From: Oscillospiraceae bacterium
Lineage (GTDB): Bacteria; Bacillota; Clostridia; Oscillospirales; CAG-272
NCBI GenBank assembly: GCA_015063655.1
Contig: SVTU01000001.1
Coordinates: 1-39,516, forward strand
DNA length: 39,516 nt
Reading direction: 5' to 3'
Shown: positions 7,815-16,999 of the stretch, piece after piece
Layout: each line of letters opens with the position of its first letter
How positions within the stretch are numbered: the stretch's first letter is position 1
Notes under the pieces: model-generated
The model's database searches: none
The model's input: only the letters and a program-made list of their open reading frames with translations
What the model was told of the DNA's origin: nothing
Position numbers and translations under genes: made by a program

Positions 7815-9062
7815 ATGCCCGAGCTTCTTTCCCCTGCGGGGAATTTTGAAAAAATGGTGGCGGCTCTGCACTACGGTGCGGATGCCGTATATTTGGCCGG
7901 TCACATGTTTGGCATGCGCTCTGCCGCCGACAACTTCTCAGACGAGGAGCTATACGATGCTGCACGCTACGTGCATGAGCGTGGCAAAAAGCTGTACATA
8001 ACCGTGAATACCATGCCACACGCTCACGAATACCCCATGCTGTGCCGTTATTTCGAGACACTGCGCGAGGTGCGCCCCGATGCGCTCATCGTCTCCGATC
8101 TCGGTGTGTTTGCCACAGCACAACGTCTTTTGCCCGACGTTGAGCTTCACATCTCCACGCAGGCCAGCATCGTTAGCCCCGAGGCGGCCAAGGCCTATGC
8201 CTCGCTTGGGGCTACCCGCTTGGTGCTGGCACGAGAGCTGACTCTCTCGGAGATCCGAATGATCCGTGATGCCCTGCCCCCCTCGGTGGAGCTTGAGACC
8301 TTTATCCATGGCTCTATGTGCGTATCCTACAGCGGACGCTGTCTGCTCTCCAACAGCCTGACGGGGCGTGACGCCAACCGAGGAGCTTGCACACAGCCCT
8401 GCCGATGGAATTACAAGATCGTGGAGGAAAAACGCCCCGACGAGCCGTATCCCATCGAGGAATACGACCACGGTACGTTCATCATGTCCTCTAAGGATAT
8501 GTGTACCATCTCCATCGTACCCGAGATGATCGCCGCAGGCATCGATTCCTTTAAGATTGAGGGGCGCATGAAGAGCGCCTACTACACCGCCGTGGTAACC
8601 AACGCCTATCGCATGGCCATCGATGCCTATCTTGCCGATCCCGTCTCCTACGTTCCCGACCCGATGTGGCTTCGGGAGCTTGAGAGCGTTTCGCACCGTG
8701 ACTATGCCACGGGCTTCTACTGCGACGAGCCGAGCCACGAGGCGCAGATCGCCTCGCACACGGGCTACAACCGTGAAAAAGCCTATTTTGCTACCGCCCT
8801 TGAAACGGCAACGCTTCCCGCTGACCTGCAGGACAACGAAAACGGCAGGCTCTATCGCTTTGTTCAACGCAACAAGGTGTGCGTGGGGGATACCGCCGAG
8901 GTCATCTCGCCTCATCGCATCGGCCGTCCCTTTACGGTGACCGAACTGTATGCTGAGGACGGCACGCCCCTTGAGAGTGCCCCACACCCCGCTATGATCT
9001 TTTATACTCGCATTCCCTTTGAGGTCAAGCAAGGCGATATCATGCGCTCGGGGGATCGCTGA
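7815..9062 (+). CDS. Peptidase U32 family protein (collagenase-like; family linked to RNA hydroxylation)
   Basis: N-terminus PELLSPAGNFEKMVAALHYGADAVYLAG and the central block HGSMCVSYSGRCLLS are typical of U32. Confidence 0.85.
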   Translation: MPELLSPAGNFEKMVAALHYGADAVYLAGHMFGMRSAADNFSDEELYDAARYVHERGKKLYITVNTMPHAHEYPMLCRYFETLREVRPDALIVSDLGVFATAQRLLPDVELHISTQASIVSPEAAKAYASLGATRLVLARELTLSEIRMIRDALPPSVELETFIHGSMCVSYSGRCLLSNSLTGRDANRGACTQPCRWNYKIVEEKRPDEPYPIEEYDHGTFIMSSKDMCTISIVPEMIAAGIDSFKIEGRMKSAYYTAVVTNAYRMAIDAYLADPVSYVPDPMWLRELESVSHRDYATGFYCDEPSHEAQIASHTGYNREKAYFATALETATLPADLQDNENGRLYRFVQRNKVCVGDTAEVISPHRIGRPFTVTELYAEDGTPLESAPHPAMIFYTRIPFEVKQGDIMRSGDR

Positions 9063-9080
9063 ATACTGTAAGGAGAAAGC

Positions 9081-9905
9081 ATGTCAAATCTTCTGCTTGC
9101 CGTTCTGTACGGCATCGTAGAGGGAATCACCGAATGGCTTCCCGTAAGCTCTACGGGTCACCTGATCGTGCTGAACAGCCTATTGCCCTTGCCCGTATCA
9201 CGGGAATTCTTCGCCTTTTTTGAGGTTTTTGTTCAGCTTGGTGCCATTCTCGCCGTTTTAGCAACCTATTTTGCACGGCTCAACCCTCTCTCGAAGCAAA
9301 AAACGGATGCAGAAAAAAAGAGGACGTACAGACTTTGGGGATATATCCTTCTTTCCGTCCTGCCCTCGGCCGTGATCGGTGCTGTTCTTGACGATGCTTT
9401 GGAGACGTACTGTCACAACGCCCTCACGGTGTCTCTGATGCTCATCGGCTACGGTGTAGCGTTTATCGTGATATCATGTTCCAAGAGGGAGCGCACACCG
9501 CAGATCGTGGACGCAAGCGCCGTAAGCGCCCGTCAGGCGCTTTTCATGGGGCTATGGCAGGTCGCCTCACTTGTCCCGGGGACGTCACGCTCAGGGGCAA
9601 CCATTCTCGGCGGACTGCTCGCAGGACTTCCCAGGCAGACCGCCACCGAGTTTTCCTTCTTTATGGCCATTCCCACCATGCTTGGCGCATGCCTGTTGAA
9701 GGCCATGGGCTTTGCCCGCTCGGGCGTTTCCGTCAGCACTGACGAAATACTTTTGCTCTGGCTGACCTTCGCCGTTTCCTTTGCCGTTTCCCTGCTCACC
9801 GTCTGTTTTTTGACCGAGCTTGTGAAAAGGCACACCTTTGCCCCCTTTGGCGTATATCGTATTGTGCTGGGCACGCTGATTTTGCTTAACACCTATGGGA
9901 GATAA
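9081..9905 (+). CDS. uppP: Undecaprenyl-diphosphate phosphatase
   Basis: EGITEWLPVSSTGHL and PGTSRSGATI motifs; polytopic membrane protein. Confidence 0.92.
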   Translation: MSNLLLAVLYGIVEGITEWLPVSSTGHLIVLNSLLPLPVSREFFAFFEVFVQLGAILAVLATYFARLNPLSKQKTDAEKKRTYRLWGYILLSVLPSAVIGAVLDDALETYCHNALTVSLMLIGYGVAFIVISCSKRERTPQIVDASAVSARQALFMGLWQVASLVPGTSRSGATILGGLLAGLPRQTATEFSFFMAIPTMLGACLLKAMGFARSGVSVSTDEILLLWLTFAVSFAVSLLTVCFLTELVKRHTFAPFGVYRIVLGTLILLNTYGR

Positions 9906-9909
9906 CAAC

Positions 9910-10506
9910 ATGGAAGAAAAAAAGCTGAAGATCCCCTTCCCCATCATTGTGGAGGGGAAATATGACCGACTGCGTCTGCTTACCGTTTGCGAGGCCCGCA
10001 TTCTCACAACGGACGGCTTCGGTATTTTCAAAAAGAACGAAAAGCTTGCGCTGTTCCGCAAGCTCTCCGAGCATACACCCATCATCATCCTCACCGACAG
10101 CGACGGAGCGGGCAAGCTCATTCGCTCGCATCTGTCGGGTGCTGTGCCCCCCGATAAGCTCATTCATGTGTACATACCCGCCATCAAGGGCAAGGAAAAG
10201 CGCAAGGCTCAGCCCTCGGCCGCAGGCACGATGGGCGTGGAGGGCATGACGGAGCGGCTGCTCTACGACCTGCTTCGCCCCTATGAGGACGAGAGTGCCG
10301 TCCTGCTTGCCAAGGAAAATCCCCTCTGCAAGGCCGACCTGTACCGTGACGGTCTATGTGGGCGCGATGATAGCGCCGCACGGCGCAACGAGCTTGCCCG
10401 CCGCATCGGCTTGCCCCCCGATATGACCCCCAACGCCCTGCTCGCCACGTTGCGCATTCTGTATACCTATGAGCAATACAAGGAGCTTGTAGCGCCATTC
10501 CAATAA
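9910..10506 (+). CDS. Toprim-domain protein (RNase M5-like / DUF4093-type)
   Basis: IIVEGKYD and ILTDSDGAGKLIR Toprim acidic motifs. A GGGAGA RBS favours the ATG at 9910. Confidence 0.6.
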   Translation: MEEKKLKIPFPIIVEGKYDRLRLLTVCEARILTTDGFGIFKKNEKLALFRKLSEHTPIIILTDSDGAGKLIRSHLSGAVPPDKLIHVYIPAIKGKEKRKAQPSAAGTMGVEGMTERLLYDLLRPYEDESAVLLAKENPLCKADLYRDGLCGRDDSAARRNELARRIGLPPDMTPNALLATLRILYTYEQYKELVAPFQ

Positions 10507-10567
10507 CAGCGTAAAAGGAGCTGAGTCATTCAGCGCAGAATAAAAGCACACGAATATAGGAGTCATG

Positions 10568-10596
10568 ACCACCAGCACGGCTGGTGGTTTTCGTTT
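10568..10596 (+). terminator. Intrinsic terminator after the Toprim gene
   Basis: ACCACCAGC-acg-GCTGGTGGT followed by TTTCGTTT. Confidence 0.75.
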
Positions 10597-10699
10597 CACA
10601 ATAAAAAACGCATAACTTTGTAGGAGAGGCTATCAGCCTCCCGTCTCAACTCGCGTGCTTCGCTTACGGGCAAGACTCATTCCCAAGCGAATACGTTGC

Positions 10700-10885
10700 T
10701 TATTGTATACCCTTAATATACAGTGCATAATAGCACTGACGGCAGAGCTGTCCACCTGCTTCCACATAGTATTCTCTTTCATAAATGGGTGCATCAGCTC
10801 GGTATTTGGTAAGAGCTCCGCACAGCACGCATACGGCATTTGTCTGCTCTCTCTCGTTTTGTTGATACGCCTTTTCTTCCTTCAT
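10700..10885 (-). CDS. 61-aa Cys4 (CxxC...CxxC) zinc-ribbon microprotein
   Basis: Strong RBS AAGGAGAGG 6 nt upstream of the ATG. CVLCG and CRQC pairs. Confidence 0.65.
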   Translation of the reverse strand: MKEEKAYQQNEREQTNAVCVLCGALTKYRADAPIYEREYYVEAGGQLCRQCYYALYIKGIQ

Positions 10886-11069
10886 GATGACCTCTCCTTT
10901 TCAAACAAAAAAGTGCGCAGCACGAAGCTGCGCACGAAAAATGCACAACTCCGATTGCTGCGACACAACTTTTCGATACATACAATAAGCATGCGAAAAA
11001 AGAGTATGCATTTTTACCAAACTAAAAACAAGCATACCTATGGCACGTATCGATATTCAGTTGTGTCGC
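10886..11069 (-). promoter_or_regulatory. Structured 5' leader (riboswitch/attenuator-like or sRNA), class unknown
   Basis: 12-bp long-range helix between 11059-11071 and 10958-10970 encloses an AU-rich core with internal hairpins. It is followed by the 10901-10935 terminator. Confidence 0.5.
10901..10935 (-). terminator. Intrinsic terminator / attenuator immediately upstream of the microprotein RBS
   Basis: On the minus strand: GTGCGCAGC-uucgu-GCTGCGCAC followed by TTTTTTGTTT. The U-tract ends about 3 nt before the RBS. Confidence 0.7.
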
Positions 11070-11075
11070 AACCCC

Positions 11076-11104
11076 ATTATATCACAAAGTGAAAAGGTTG
11101 TAAA
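11076..11104 (-). promoter_or_regulatory. Sigma-A promoter with extended -10 (TTTACA-N17-TGaTATAAT)
   Basis: On the minus strand the -35 is at 11104-11099 and the -10 at 11081-11076. Confidence 0.65.
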
Positions 11105-11137
11105 GTGTTTTTTTCATTTTGTTGGAAATTCTTTACA

Positions 11138-11203
11138 TAACAAAATATGGCCGTCCTATTCTCAAGGTGTACGTATTCGAACACGCTTTCAGAATAGAAC
11201 GGC
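11138..11203 (-). terminator. Probable terminator after tatD
   Basis: 12-bp stem GCCGTTCTATTC / GAATAGGACGGC (one G-U pair) with a large loop, followed by CATATTTTGTT on the minus strand. Confidence 0.5.
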
Positions 11204-11210
11204 TTTTATA

Positions 11211-12026
11211 TTACGATACCTGACTATCGATACCAAACAAACGGCAGGCATTTTGGTGGGTAATGGCGATGATATGCTCGGGGGTGGTATGACGGCATGC
11301 CGCCAAGGCCTCTGCCGTATGGACGAGATAGCCCGAATGATTGAGATGACCTCGGTGCGGCTCGGGCGCAAGATAGGGGCAATCGGTCTCCATCAGCAGA
11401 TAGTCGTCGGGTATGCTTGCCGCCACCTCCCGCACACGGGCGGCATTCTTAAAGGTGACAACGCCCGAAAAGGAGATATAATACCCCATGCGCACAAGCT
11501 GTGCCGCCATCTCAGCACTGCCGCTATAGCTATGAAAGACCCCCTGCACGCCCGCATACCTGCGCACCACGTCAAAGCAATCGCCGTGAGCGTCACGGTC
11601 ATGAATGATCACGGGCAAGCCCGTCTGCTCTGCCAAGCGCATCTGCGCATGAAAGAAGGCGTGCTGACGCCCCTTGTCGTAGCCCTCCCAATGATAATCC
11701 AAGCCGATCTCACCGAGTGCCACGATCTTTTGCGCCCTGCGCTCCTCCTCGTTGCCGATCAGCGCAGAAAGGCGAGCCGTTTCTGCCTCGGCGTCTCCCG
11801 CCATGTATCGGCAGTCCTCGGGGTGAAGCCCCACAGCGGCATACATGCCCGCATACTGCCCTGCCATTTGCACGCACAGAGGATTGTTTTCGTTATTCGT
11901 TCCCACGTTCAGCACGTACGCCACGTCCTTGCCGAAGACCTCGTCTCGCAAGATCGCATCCGCTCCGCCTGCCTCGGCAAAACGCTTGTCGAAATAGTGG
12001 GCATGTGAATCAAATATGCCGTTCAT
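11211..12026 (-). CDS. tatD: TatD-family metal-dependent hydrolase/DNase
   Basis: MNGIFDSHAHY start motif. A GGGAGG RBS favours the start at 12026. Overlaps the gpsA-like 3' end by 17 nt. Confidence 0.85.
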   Translation of the reverse strand: MNGIFDSHAHYFDKRFAEAGGADAILRDEVFGKDVAYVLNVGTNNENNPLCVQMAGQYAGMYAAVGLHPEDCRYMAGDAEAETARLSALIGNEEERRAQKIVALGEIGLDYHWEGYDKGRQHAFFHAQMRLAEQTGLPVIIHDRDAHGDCFDVVRRYAGVQGVFHSYSGSAEMAAQLVRMGYYISFSGVVTFKNAARVREVAASIPDDYLLMETDCPYLAPEPHRGHLNHSGYLVHTAEALAACRHTTPEHIIAITHQNACRLFGIDSQVS

Positions 12027-12984
12027 ATAAGGCCTCCCGCTTTCTCTCTCTGCCAAACAATGCACCAAGCTCTTGTGCAGCATCGGCTTTCTCGTGGATA
12101 ATACGATACACCGCCTCGCAAATCGGCAGCTCCACTTGATACCTACGGGATAAGGTCATCAGGGCACGAACCGTTTCACAGCCCTCTGCCAACCCCTCAC
12201 ACGCTTCACCCTTGATAAAGGCTTCACCAAAGCGCCTGTTGTGAGAATGACGTGAAAACACCGTGGCTTCATAATCGCCCAGATGGCATAATCCGTAAGC
12301 AGATGCTTCATGACCGCCCATAGCGCCAATCAATCGTGCAATCTCTGCCGCCCCCCTTGACATCAAGGCACCCTTGAGTGTCTCCAACCCAAGGCCGTCC
12401 AGAATTCCTGCCGCAATGCCAATCACATTTTTGGCGGCGGCCCCGATCTCATTACCGATCAGATCGGTTCCGTAATAAAACCGAATCAGATCACCCGAAA
12501 AGGCATCCGCCAACCATTTTGTCGTTTCTTCCCATTCGCTGTCAATGACCATACAGCTTGGATGCCCCGCATAAAACTCTTGCACGTGCCCAGGCCCTAA
12601 CCAAACGGCAACTCGACACGTGGAATCCAGCACGCCTTTGGCAATGACAGACAAGCGTTCTCCGCTTCCAACCTCCAAGCCCTTCATACACAGCACCACC
12701 GTCTTATGGCGCAAGGACAGTAACTGCAATTCGCTCATCAGCCGACGTAAGCTCTGGCTGGCAATGGATATCAATATCACCTCAGCCTCACACACCGATT
12801 CGATAGACGTTGTCAGCACAATGCTCTCATCAAGCGTTAATAGGTCGTTACGACGCTCGTTGAGAAGCCGTTGCATGTTCTTGGAGCCTTCTCTGCCGTA
12901 CAGGGTTACCGAGTGTCCGATTGAATGCAAATACCATGCAAGCAACGTCCCCCAGCGACCGCACCCTATCACTCCTACCTTCAT
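12010..12984 (-). CDS. gpsA: NAD(P)H-dependent glycerol-3-phosphate dehydrogenase family protein
   Basis: MKVGVIGCGRWGT Rossmann motif plus AAKNVIGIAAG and SHNRRFG blocks. Somewhat divergent from canonical GpsA. Start chosen at 12984 on the basis of the RBS. Confidence 0.72.
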   Translation of the reverse strand: MKVGVIGCGRWGTLLAWYLHSIGHSVTLYGREGSKNMQRLLNERRNDLLTLDESIVLTTSIESVCEAEVILISIASQSLRRLMSELQLLSLRHKTVVLCMKGLEVGSGERLSVIAKGVLDSTCRVAVWLGPGHVQEFYAGHPSCMVIDSEWEETTKWLADAFSGDLIRFYYGTDLIGNEIGAAAKNVIGIAAGILDGLGLETLKGALMSRGAAEIARLIGAMGGHEASAYGLCHLGDYEATVFSRHSHNRRFGEAFIKGEACEGLAEGCETVRALMTLSRRYQVELPICEAVYRIIHEKADAAQELGALFGRERKREALYERHI

Positions 12985-13063
12985 TATCTTTATCCTTTCC
13001 ATCAGTAAGGGCTGTCTCATTCGACTTTGGAAAGTACTAAATGAGGCAGCCCCTGTATCACAT

Positions 13064-15013
13064 TTACCTTACTCGTTCGCCAAGAGGCGTATCCTCAGCG
13101 AGAAATACCACACGAACCTTTTCCTCACCGCTTGCCAGGATCATGCCCTGCGATTCGATCCCGCACAGCTTGGCAGGCTTGAGGTTGGCCACCACAATGA
13201 CCTTCTTCCCTATCATATCCTCGGGTGCATAGAAGGCGGCGATGCCCGACACGACCTGTCGCTTCTCATAGCCGAGATCAAGCTCCATCTTGAGCAGCTT
13301 CTTGGCCTTCGGCACCTTCTCGCAGGCTACCACCTGCGCTGTACGAAGCTCCACACCCATAAAGTCCTCAATGCCGATAAGCGCACAGCCCTCGGGCTTC
13401 TCGGGCTTTTTATCGGCCTCGATCTGAGCCAGTCTCTCTGCCTCAAGCTCGTCCAGCTTCTTCTTCTCGTCCACACGGGCAAACAGCACGTAGGAATCTG
13501 CCGTTGTATCTCCCGTCTTCATGCCGCCCCACTTCTCGGTTGTACCAACGGTATCGAAGCTACGCTTGTCGGTGGCAAGCTGAGCAAAGATCTTCTCGGC
13601 CGTTTCGGGAATAAAGGGAGACAGCAGAACAGCACCCCAACGAATAGCCTCCAAAAGATTATACAGCACCGTTCCAAGACGCTCACGCATAGCCTCATCC
13701 TTAGCAAGCGTCCAAGGCGTGGTCTCGTCGATATACTTATTGGCACGGCGAAGCATGGTAAAGATGCATTCCAGCGCATCGGCAATACGGTATTCGTTCA
13801 TATTGCGCACCACGCCCTCATAGGCCTCAACACATGCGTTTCTCAGCTCGGCATCCGTACCCTCGTCAGCACCCAGCACGGGCACAACAGAGCCGAAATA
13901 CTTTTTGTTCATATCCAGCGTACGCTTTACAAGGTTACCGAGGTTGTTCACCAGGTCCATATTGAAGCGGGCTATGACAGACTCATACGTAATAGATCCA
14001 TCAGAGTTATACGGCATTTCGGACAGCGCATAGTAGCGCACGCCGTCCACGCCGAAGTGATCGGCAAGCTTGTCGGCATAGATCACGTTGCCGCGGGACT
14101 TGGACATCTTGTCCGCTCCGAAGTTGAACCAAGGATGGCCAAACACCTGACGGGGCAACGGAAGCTCAAGTGCCATCAGGAAGATGGGCCAATAAATGGT
14201 GTGGAAGCGCAGAATATCCTTACCGATAATATGCACGTCGCAGGGCCAGTAGCGGCGGAAATGCTCGCTCTGCTCCTCATAGCTCTTATCGGGGTCATAT
14301 CCGAGAGCGGTGATATAGTTGGTCAGCGCATCCAGCCACACATACACCACGTGCTTGTCGTCAAAGTCCACGGGAATGCCCCAACGGAAGGACGTACGGG
14401 AGACGCAAAGATCCTGCAGACCTGCATTGAGGAAGTTGTTCACCATTTCCTTCTTGCGGGATTCGGGCGTAATGAACTCGGGATTCTCTTCGATGTGCTT
14501 GACAAGGCGATCCACGTACTTGGTCATCTTGAAGAAGTATGCCTCCTCCTGCGCCTGCTCCACGGGTCTGCCGCAGTCGGGGCACTTGCCGTCCACCACC
14601 TGCGTTTGCGTGAAGAAGGACTCGCAGGGCGTGCAATACCAACCCTCATAATGTCCCTTGTAGATATCGCCCTGCTCGTAGAAGCGGCGGAAGATCTTCT
14701 TCACAGCATCCACGTGGGGGGCATCGGTGGTACGGATAAAGTAATCGTAAGAAGTATTCATTCTGTCCCAAATACCCTTGATCTCTCCTGCCACGCCGTC
14801 CACGTAGGCCTGCGGCGTGATGCCTGCCTCGTTGGCAAGGTTCTCTATCTTCTGTCCATGCTCGTCCGTACCCGTGCAGAAAAACACGTCCCTGCCCATG
14901 GCACGCTGAAAGCGGGCAATGGCATCCGTCATGATCACCTCATAGGTATTGCCGAAGTGCGGCTTGCGAGAGGCATACGCAATCGCTGTCGTAATATAAA
15001 ACTTATTGTTCAT
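13064..15013 (-). CDS. metG: Methionine--tRNA ligase with C-terminal tRNA-binding domain
   Basis: Class I HIGH-like PHFGN, KMSKS, a CxxC...CPDC zinc knuckle, and a C-terminal EMAP/Trbp111-like domain. Confidence 0.95.
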   Translation of the reverse strand: MNNKFYITTAIAYASRKPHFGNTYEVIMTDAIARFQRAMGRDVFFCTGTDEHGQKIENLANEAGITPQAYVDGVAGEIKGIWDRMNTSYDYFIRTTDAPHVDAVKKIFRRFYEQGDIYKGHYEGWYCTPCESFFTQTQVVDGKCPDCGRPVEQAQEEAYFFKMTKYVDRLVKHIEENPEFITPESRKKEMVNNFLNAGLQDLCVSRTSFRWGIPVDFDDKHVVYVWLDALTNYITALGYDPDKSYEEQSEHFRRYWPCDVHIIGKDILRFHTIYWPIFLMALELPLPRQVFGHPWFNFGADKMSKSRGNVIYADKLADHFGVDGVRYYALSEMPYNSDGSITYESVIARFNMDLVNNLGNLVKRTLDMNKKYFGSVVPVLGADEGTDAELRNACVEAYEGVVRNMNEYRIADALECIFTMLRRANKYIDETTPWTLAKDEAMRERLGTVLYNLLEAIRWGAVLLSPFIPETAEKIFAQLATDKRSFDTVGTTEKWGGMKTGDTTADSYVLFARVDEKKKLDELEAERLAQIEADKKPEKPEGCALIGIEDFMGVELRTAQVVACEKVPKAKKLLKMELDLGYEKRQVVSGIAAFYAPEDMIGKKVIVVANLKPAKLCGIESQGMILASGEEKVRVVFLAEDTPLGERVR

Positions 15014-15812
15014 GAACTTCTCTTCCTTTCAAGGTTTCATCAATACTCTTGGCATAATGCCCATACCGCATCAGGGAATGGGGGATAACGTACAGCACGG
15101 TCAGCACACCGACCGAGAGGAGCGATGCTGCAAAGAGGAGCATAAACGTGATCAGCTCTCGGATCACATCCGCCCGCACCGAACGCACCGCCTTGCGGCT
15201 TTGACGCCACGCACAGAGCGTGCCTTCGCCCCTTGCCGTATAATACGGAATGAAATAGACGGGGGTAAGCAACAGTAAAAGTCCCAGTGCAAGGATCAGG
15301 CATAACACCAGCATGCTCCACCCGAGAACGGTGGCGATAACGGCGGGCAGCGGCAAGGCCGCTCCCTCTGCGGCGTACGATGCCAGCAGTTGATTTTTGA
15401 GAATGACGCCTACTGTGACCAGGGCGATAGACGGCAGAGCATGCAGCAGCATCACAAGTGACGCCGTCAGCGTTCGCCCGTAGCGGCGGGGAGAGCCAAA
15501 GGCATACAGCACCGTCGCAAGGCCTACGCACTCCCCCTCGGTCATCGCCGCACTCATGCGGTACAGCCCGAAGAGCGTGGGTATGGACACAAAGAAGAGC
15601 ATCAAGGCATACAGCCCGTAATACAAAACATCCATAAGCCAAACGGAAAGAGAGGCCACATGATCCAACAGAATCAGCCCGTAAGACAGCACGAACAGCG
15701 GAATGATAAAGGAGCAAAGCGAAAGCAGAACGGCAAGTATCACCGTGAGTCTCATGCCCCCCCGCCTGAGCGTGGCGTCCGCCATCTCACGGTAAGGATT
15801 TTTCTTTGCCAT
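15003..15812 (-). CDS. Polytopic membrane protein of unknown function (possibly DUF975-like)
   Basis: About 6 hydrophobic spans. Its 3' end overlaps the metG start by 11 nt, and its start lies 5 nt after the nagA stop. Confidence 0.6.
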   Translation of the reverse strand: MAKKNPYREMADATLRRGGMRLTVILAVLLSLCSFIIPLFVLSYGLILLDHVASLSVWLMDVLYYGLYALMLFFVSIPTLFGLYRMSAAMTEGECVGLATVLYAFGSPRRYGRTLTASLVMLLHALPSIALVTVGVILKNQLLASYAAEGAALPLPAVIATVLGWSMLVLCLILALGLLLLLTPVYFIPYYTARGEGTLCAWRQSRKAVRSVRADVIRELITFMLLFAASLLSVGVLTVLYVIPHSLMRYGHYAKSIDETLKGREVHEQ

Positions 15813-15816
15813 CGTA

Positions 15817-16965
15817 TCAGAGAACAGGCTCGGTCAGCTCACCGCGCACCATCACACGGTCGATGCACAGCTCGGGGGACTTCTTGAGAATGATCAGATC
15901 GGCCGACTTGCCCACAGCGATCGAACCGTAGGTATCATACACGCCAACCTCAAGACAAGGATTGCGAGTGGCACACAAAACCGCCTCACTGAGGGGGATA
16001 TCGCAGAAGCGCATCAAATTCTTAAGGCCGTCAAACAAAGACAGCGTGCTTCCCGCCAATGCTCCGTCAAGCGTGCGAGCCTTGCCGTCTACCACACGAA
16101 CGGGCTGACCTGCTATGGTATAGTCGCCGTCAGGGCAATCGGTTGCCTGCATGGAATCGGAGATCAGGACGGTGCGCTCACAGCCGAGAAAGCGATATGC
16201 CAAGCGGATCATTTCCGAGGAAATATGTACGCCGTCGCAGATCAGCTCGCCATAGGACTTGCCCTCAAACGCCGCACACACGGCACCGCCGTCACGGTGA
16301 TGCAGAGGGGGCATGCAGTTATACAAATGCGTATAAGCCGTTACGCCGTTTTTCTCAGCCTGCTTGGCCTGCACGTAATTGGCGGCTGTGTGACCGAGCG
16401 ACATGGTGGCACCCAGCTCACGGGCCTTGGCGGCAAAGCTGCCATCCTCGTCAAGCTCAAAGGCGGCCGAAATATGAAGCGCCGTATCGCCCACAAAGCC
16501 GTCAAGCTCGGAGGCCTTAAGCGGGAACAAAAGCTCGGGCGCATGCGCACCGCGCTTAGCGGCGTTGAGATAACGGCCCTCAATGTGAACGCCGCAGAAA
16601 TTAGCCTCGCCCGCCGTGCGCTTATGGGCACGCAGGTCGGCCGTAGCCTTGTACATCTGCTCAAGAGGAGCGGAAGCAATGGTGGGCATAACGGTGGTAA
16701 TACCGTTGGAGGCATACGCCTTGGCCATCACGGAAAGCAGGGCGTCGTCTGCCGAATCGAAATCACCGCCCGAGCGTCCGTGCGAATGCACGTCCACAAG
16801 ACCGGGCAGGATCATAGCACCTGCTGCATCGATCTCTTGAGCATCAGCCTGCTTGCAAACGCCAAGCTGTGTGATCACGCCGTTCTCAACCGCAATGTCC
16901 TTGCGATCAAAGCGCATTGTTTCACTGTTATAAACTAAGCCGTTTCTGATAATCATATCAAACAC
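15817..16965 (-). CDS. nagA: N-acetylglucosamine-6-phosphate deacetylase (amidohydrolase)
   Basis: LPGLVDVHSHG metal-binding motif; length and overall blocks match NagA. Confidence 0.82.
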   Translation of the reverse strand: MFDMIIRNGLVYNSETMRFDRKDIAVENGVITQLGVCKQADAQEIDAAGAMILPGLVDVHSHGRSGGDFDSADDALLSVMAKAYASNGITTVMPTIASAPLEQMYKATADLRAHKRTAGEANFCGVHIEGRYLNAAKRGAHAPELLFPLKASELDGFVGDTALHISAAFELDEDGSFAAKARELGATMSLGHTAANYVQAKQAEKNGVTAYTHLYNCMPPLHHRDGGAVCAAFEGKSYGELICDGVHISSEMIRLAYRFLGCERTVLISDSMQATDCPDGDYTIAGQPVRVVDGKARTLDGALAGSTLSLFDGLKNLMRFCDIPLSEAVLCATRNPCLEVGVYDTYGSIAVGKSADLIILKKSPELCIDRVMVRGELTEPVL

Positions 16966-16999
16966 TTCTCCTTATATGATAAATAATCTTTATTATAGT

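Noticed and set aside
10558-10612. A 16-codon ORF (MTTSTAGGFRFTIKNA) with a weak RBS.
   Set aside because: It coincides with the terminator hairpin of the Toprim gene and is most likely fortuitous.
10914-11008. A 36-codon upstream ORF within the microprotein leader (ATG near 11008, running through the terminator).
   Set aside because: It has no credible RBS. The RNA-structure explanation is more economical. A leader-peptide attenuation mechanism cannot be fully excluded.
11040-12008. A 322-aa plus-strand ORF.
   Set aside because: It is antisense to tatD. Its 5' part covers the intergenic leader and promoter region, and it has no RBS or motifs.
12088-12098. A single DnaA-box-like 9-mer (CGTGGATAA).
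   Set aside because: It is an isolated 8/9 match inside coding sequence, with no cluster or AT-rich unwinding element. It is not an origin.
12620-15088. An 822-aa plus-strand ORF, the longest non-annotated ORF in the window.
   Set aside because: It lies entirely antisense to metG and gpsA, whose products have unmistakable family motifs. Its translation is low-complexity (rich in L/H/R/G) with no motif. Long antisense ORFs are a common artefact in GC-rich coding DNA.
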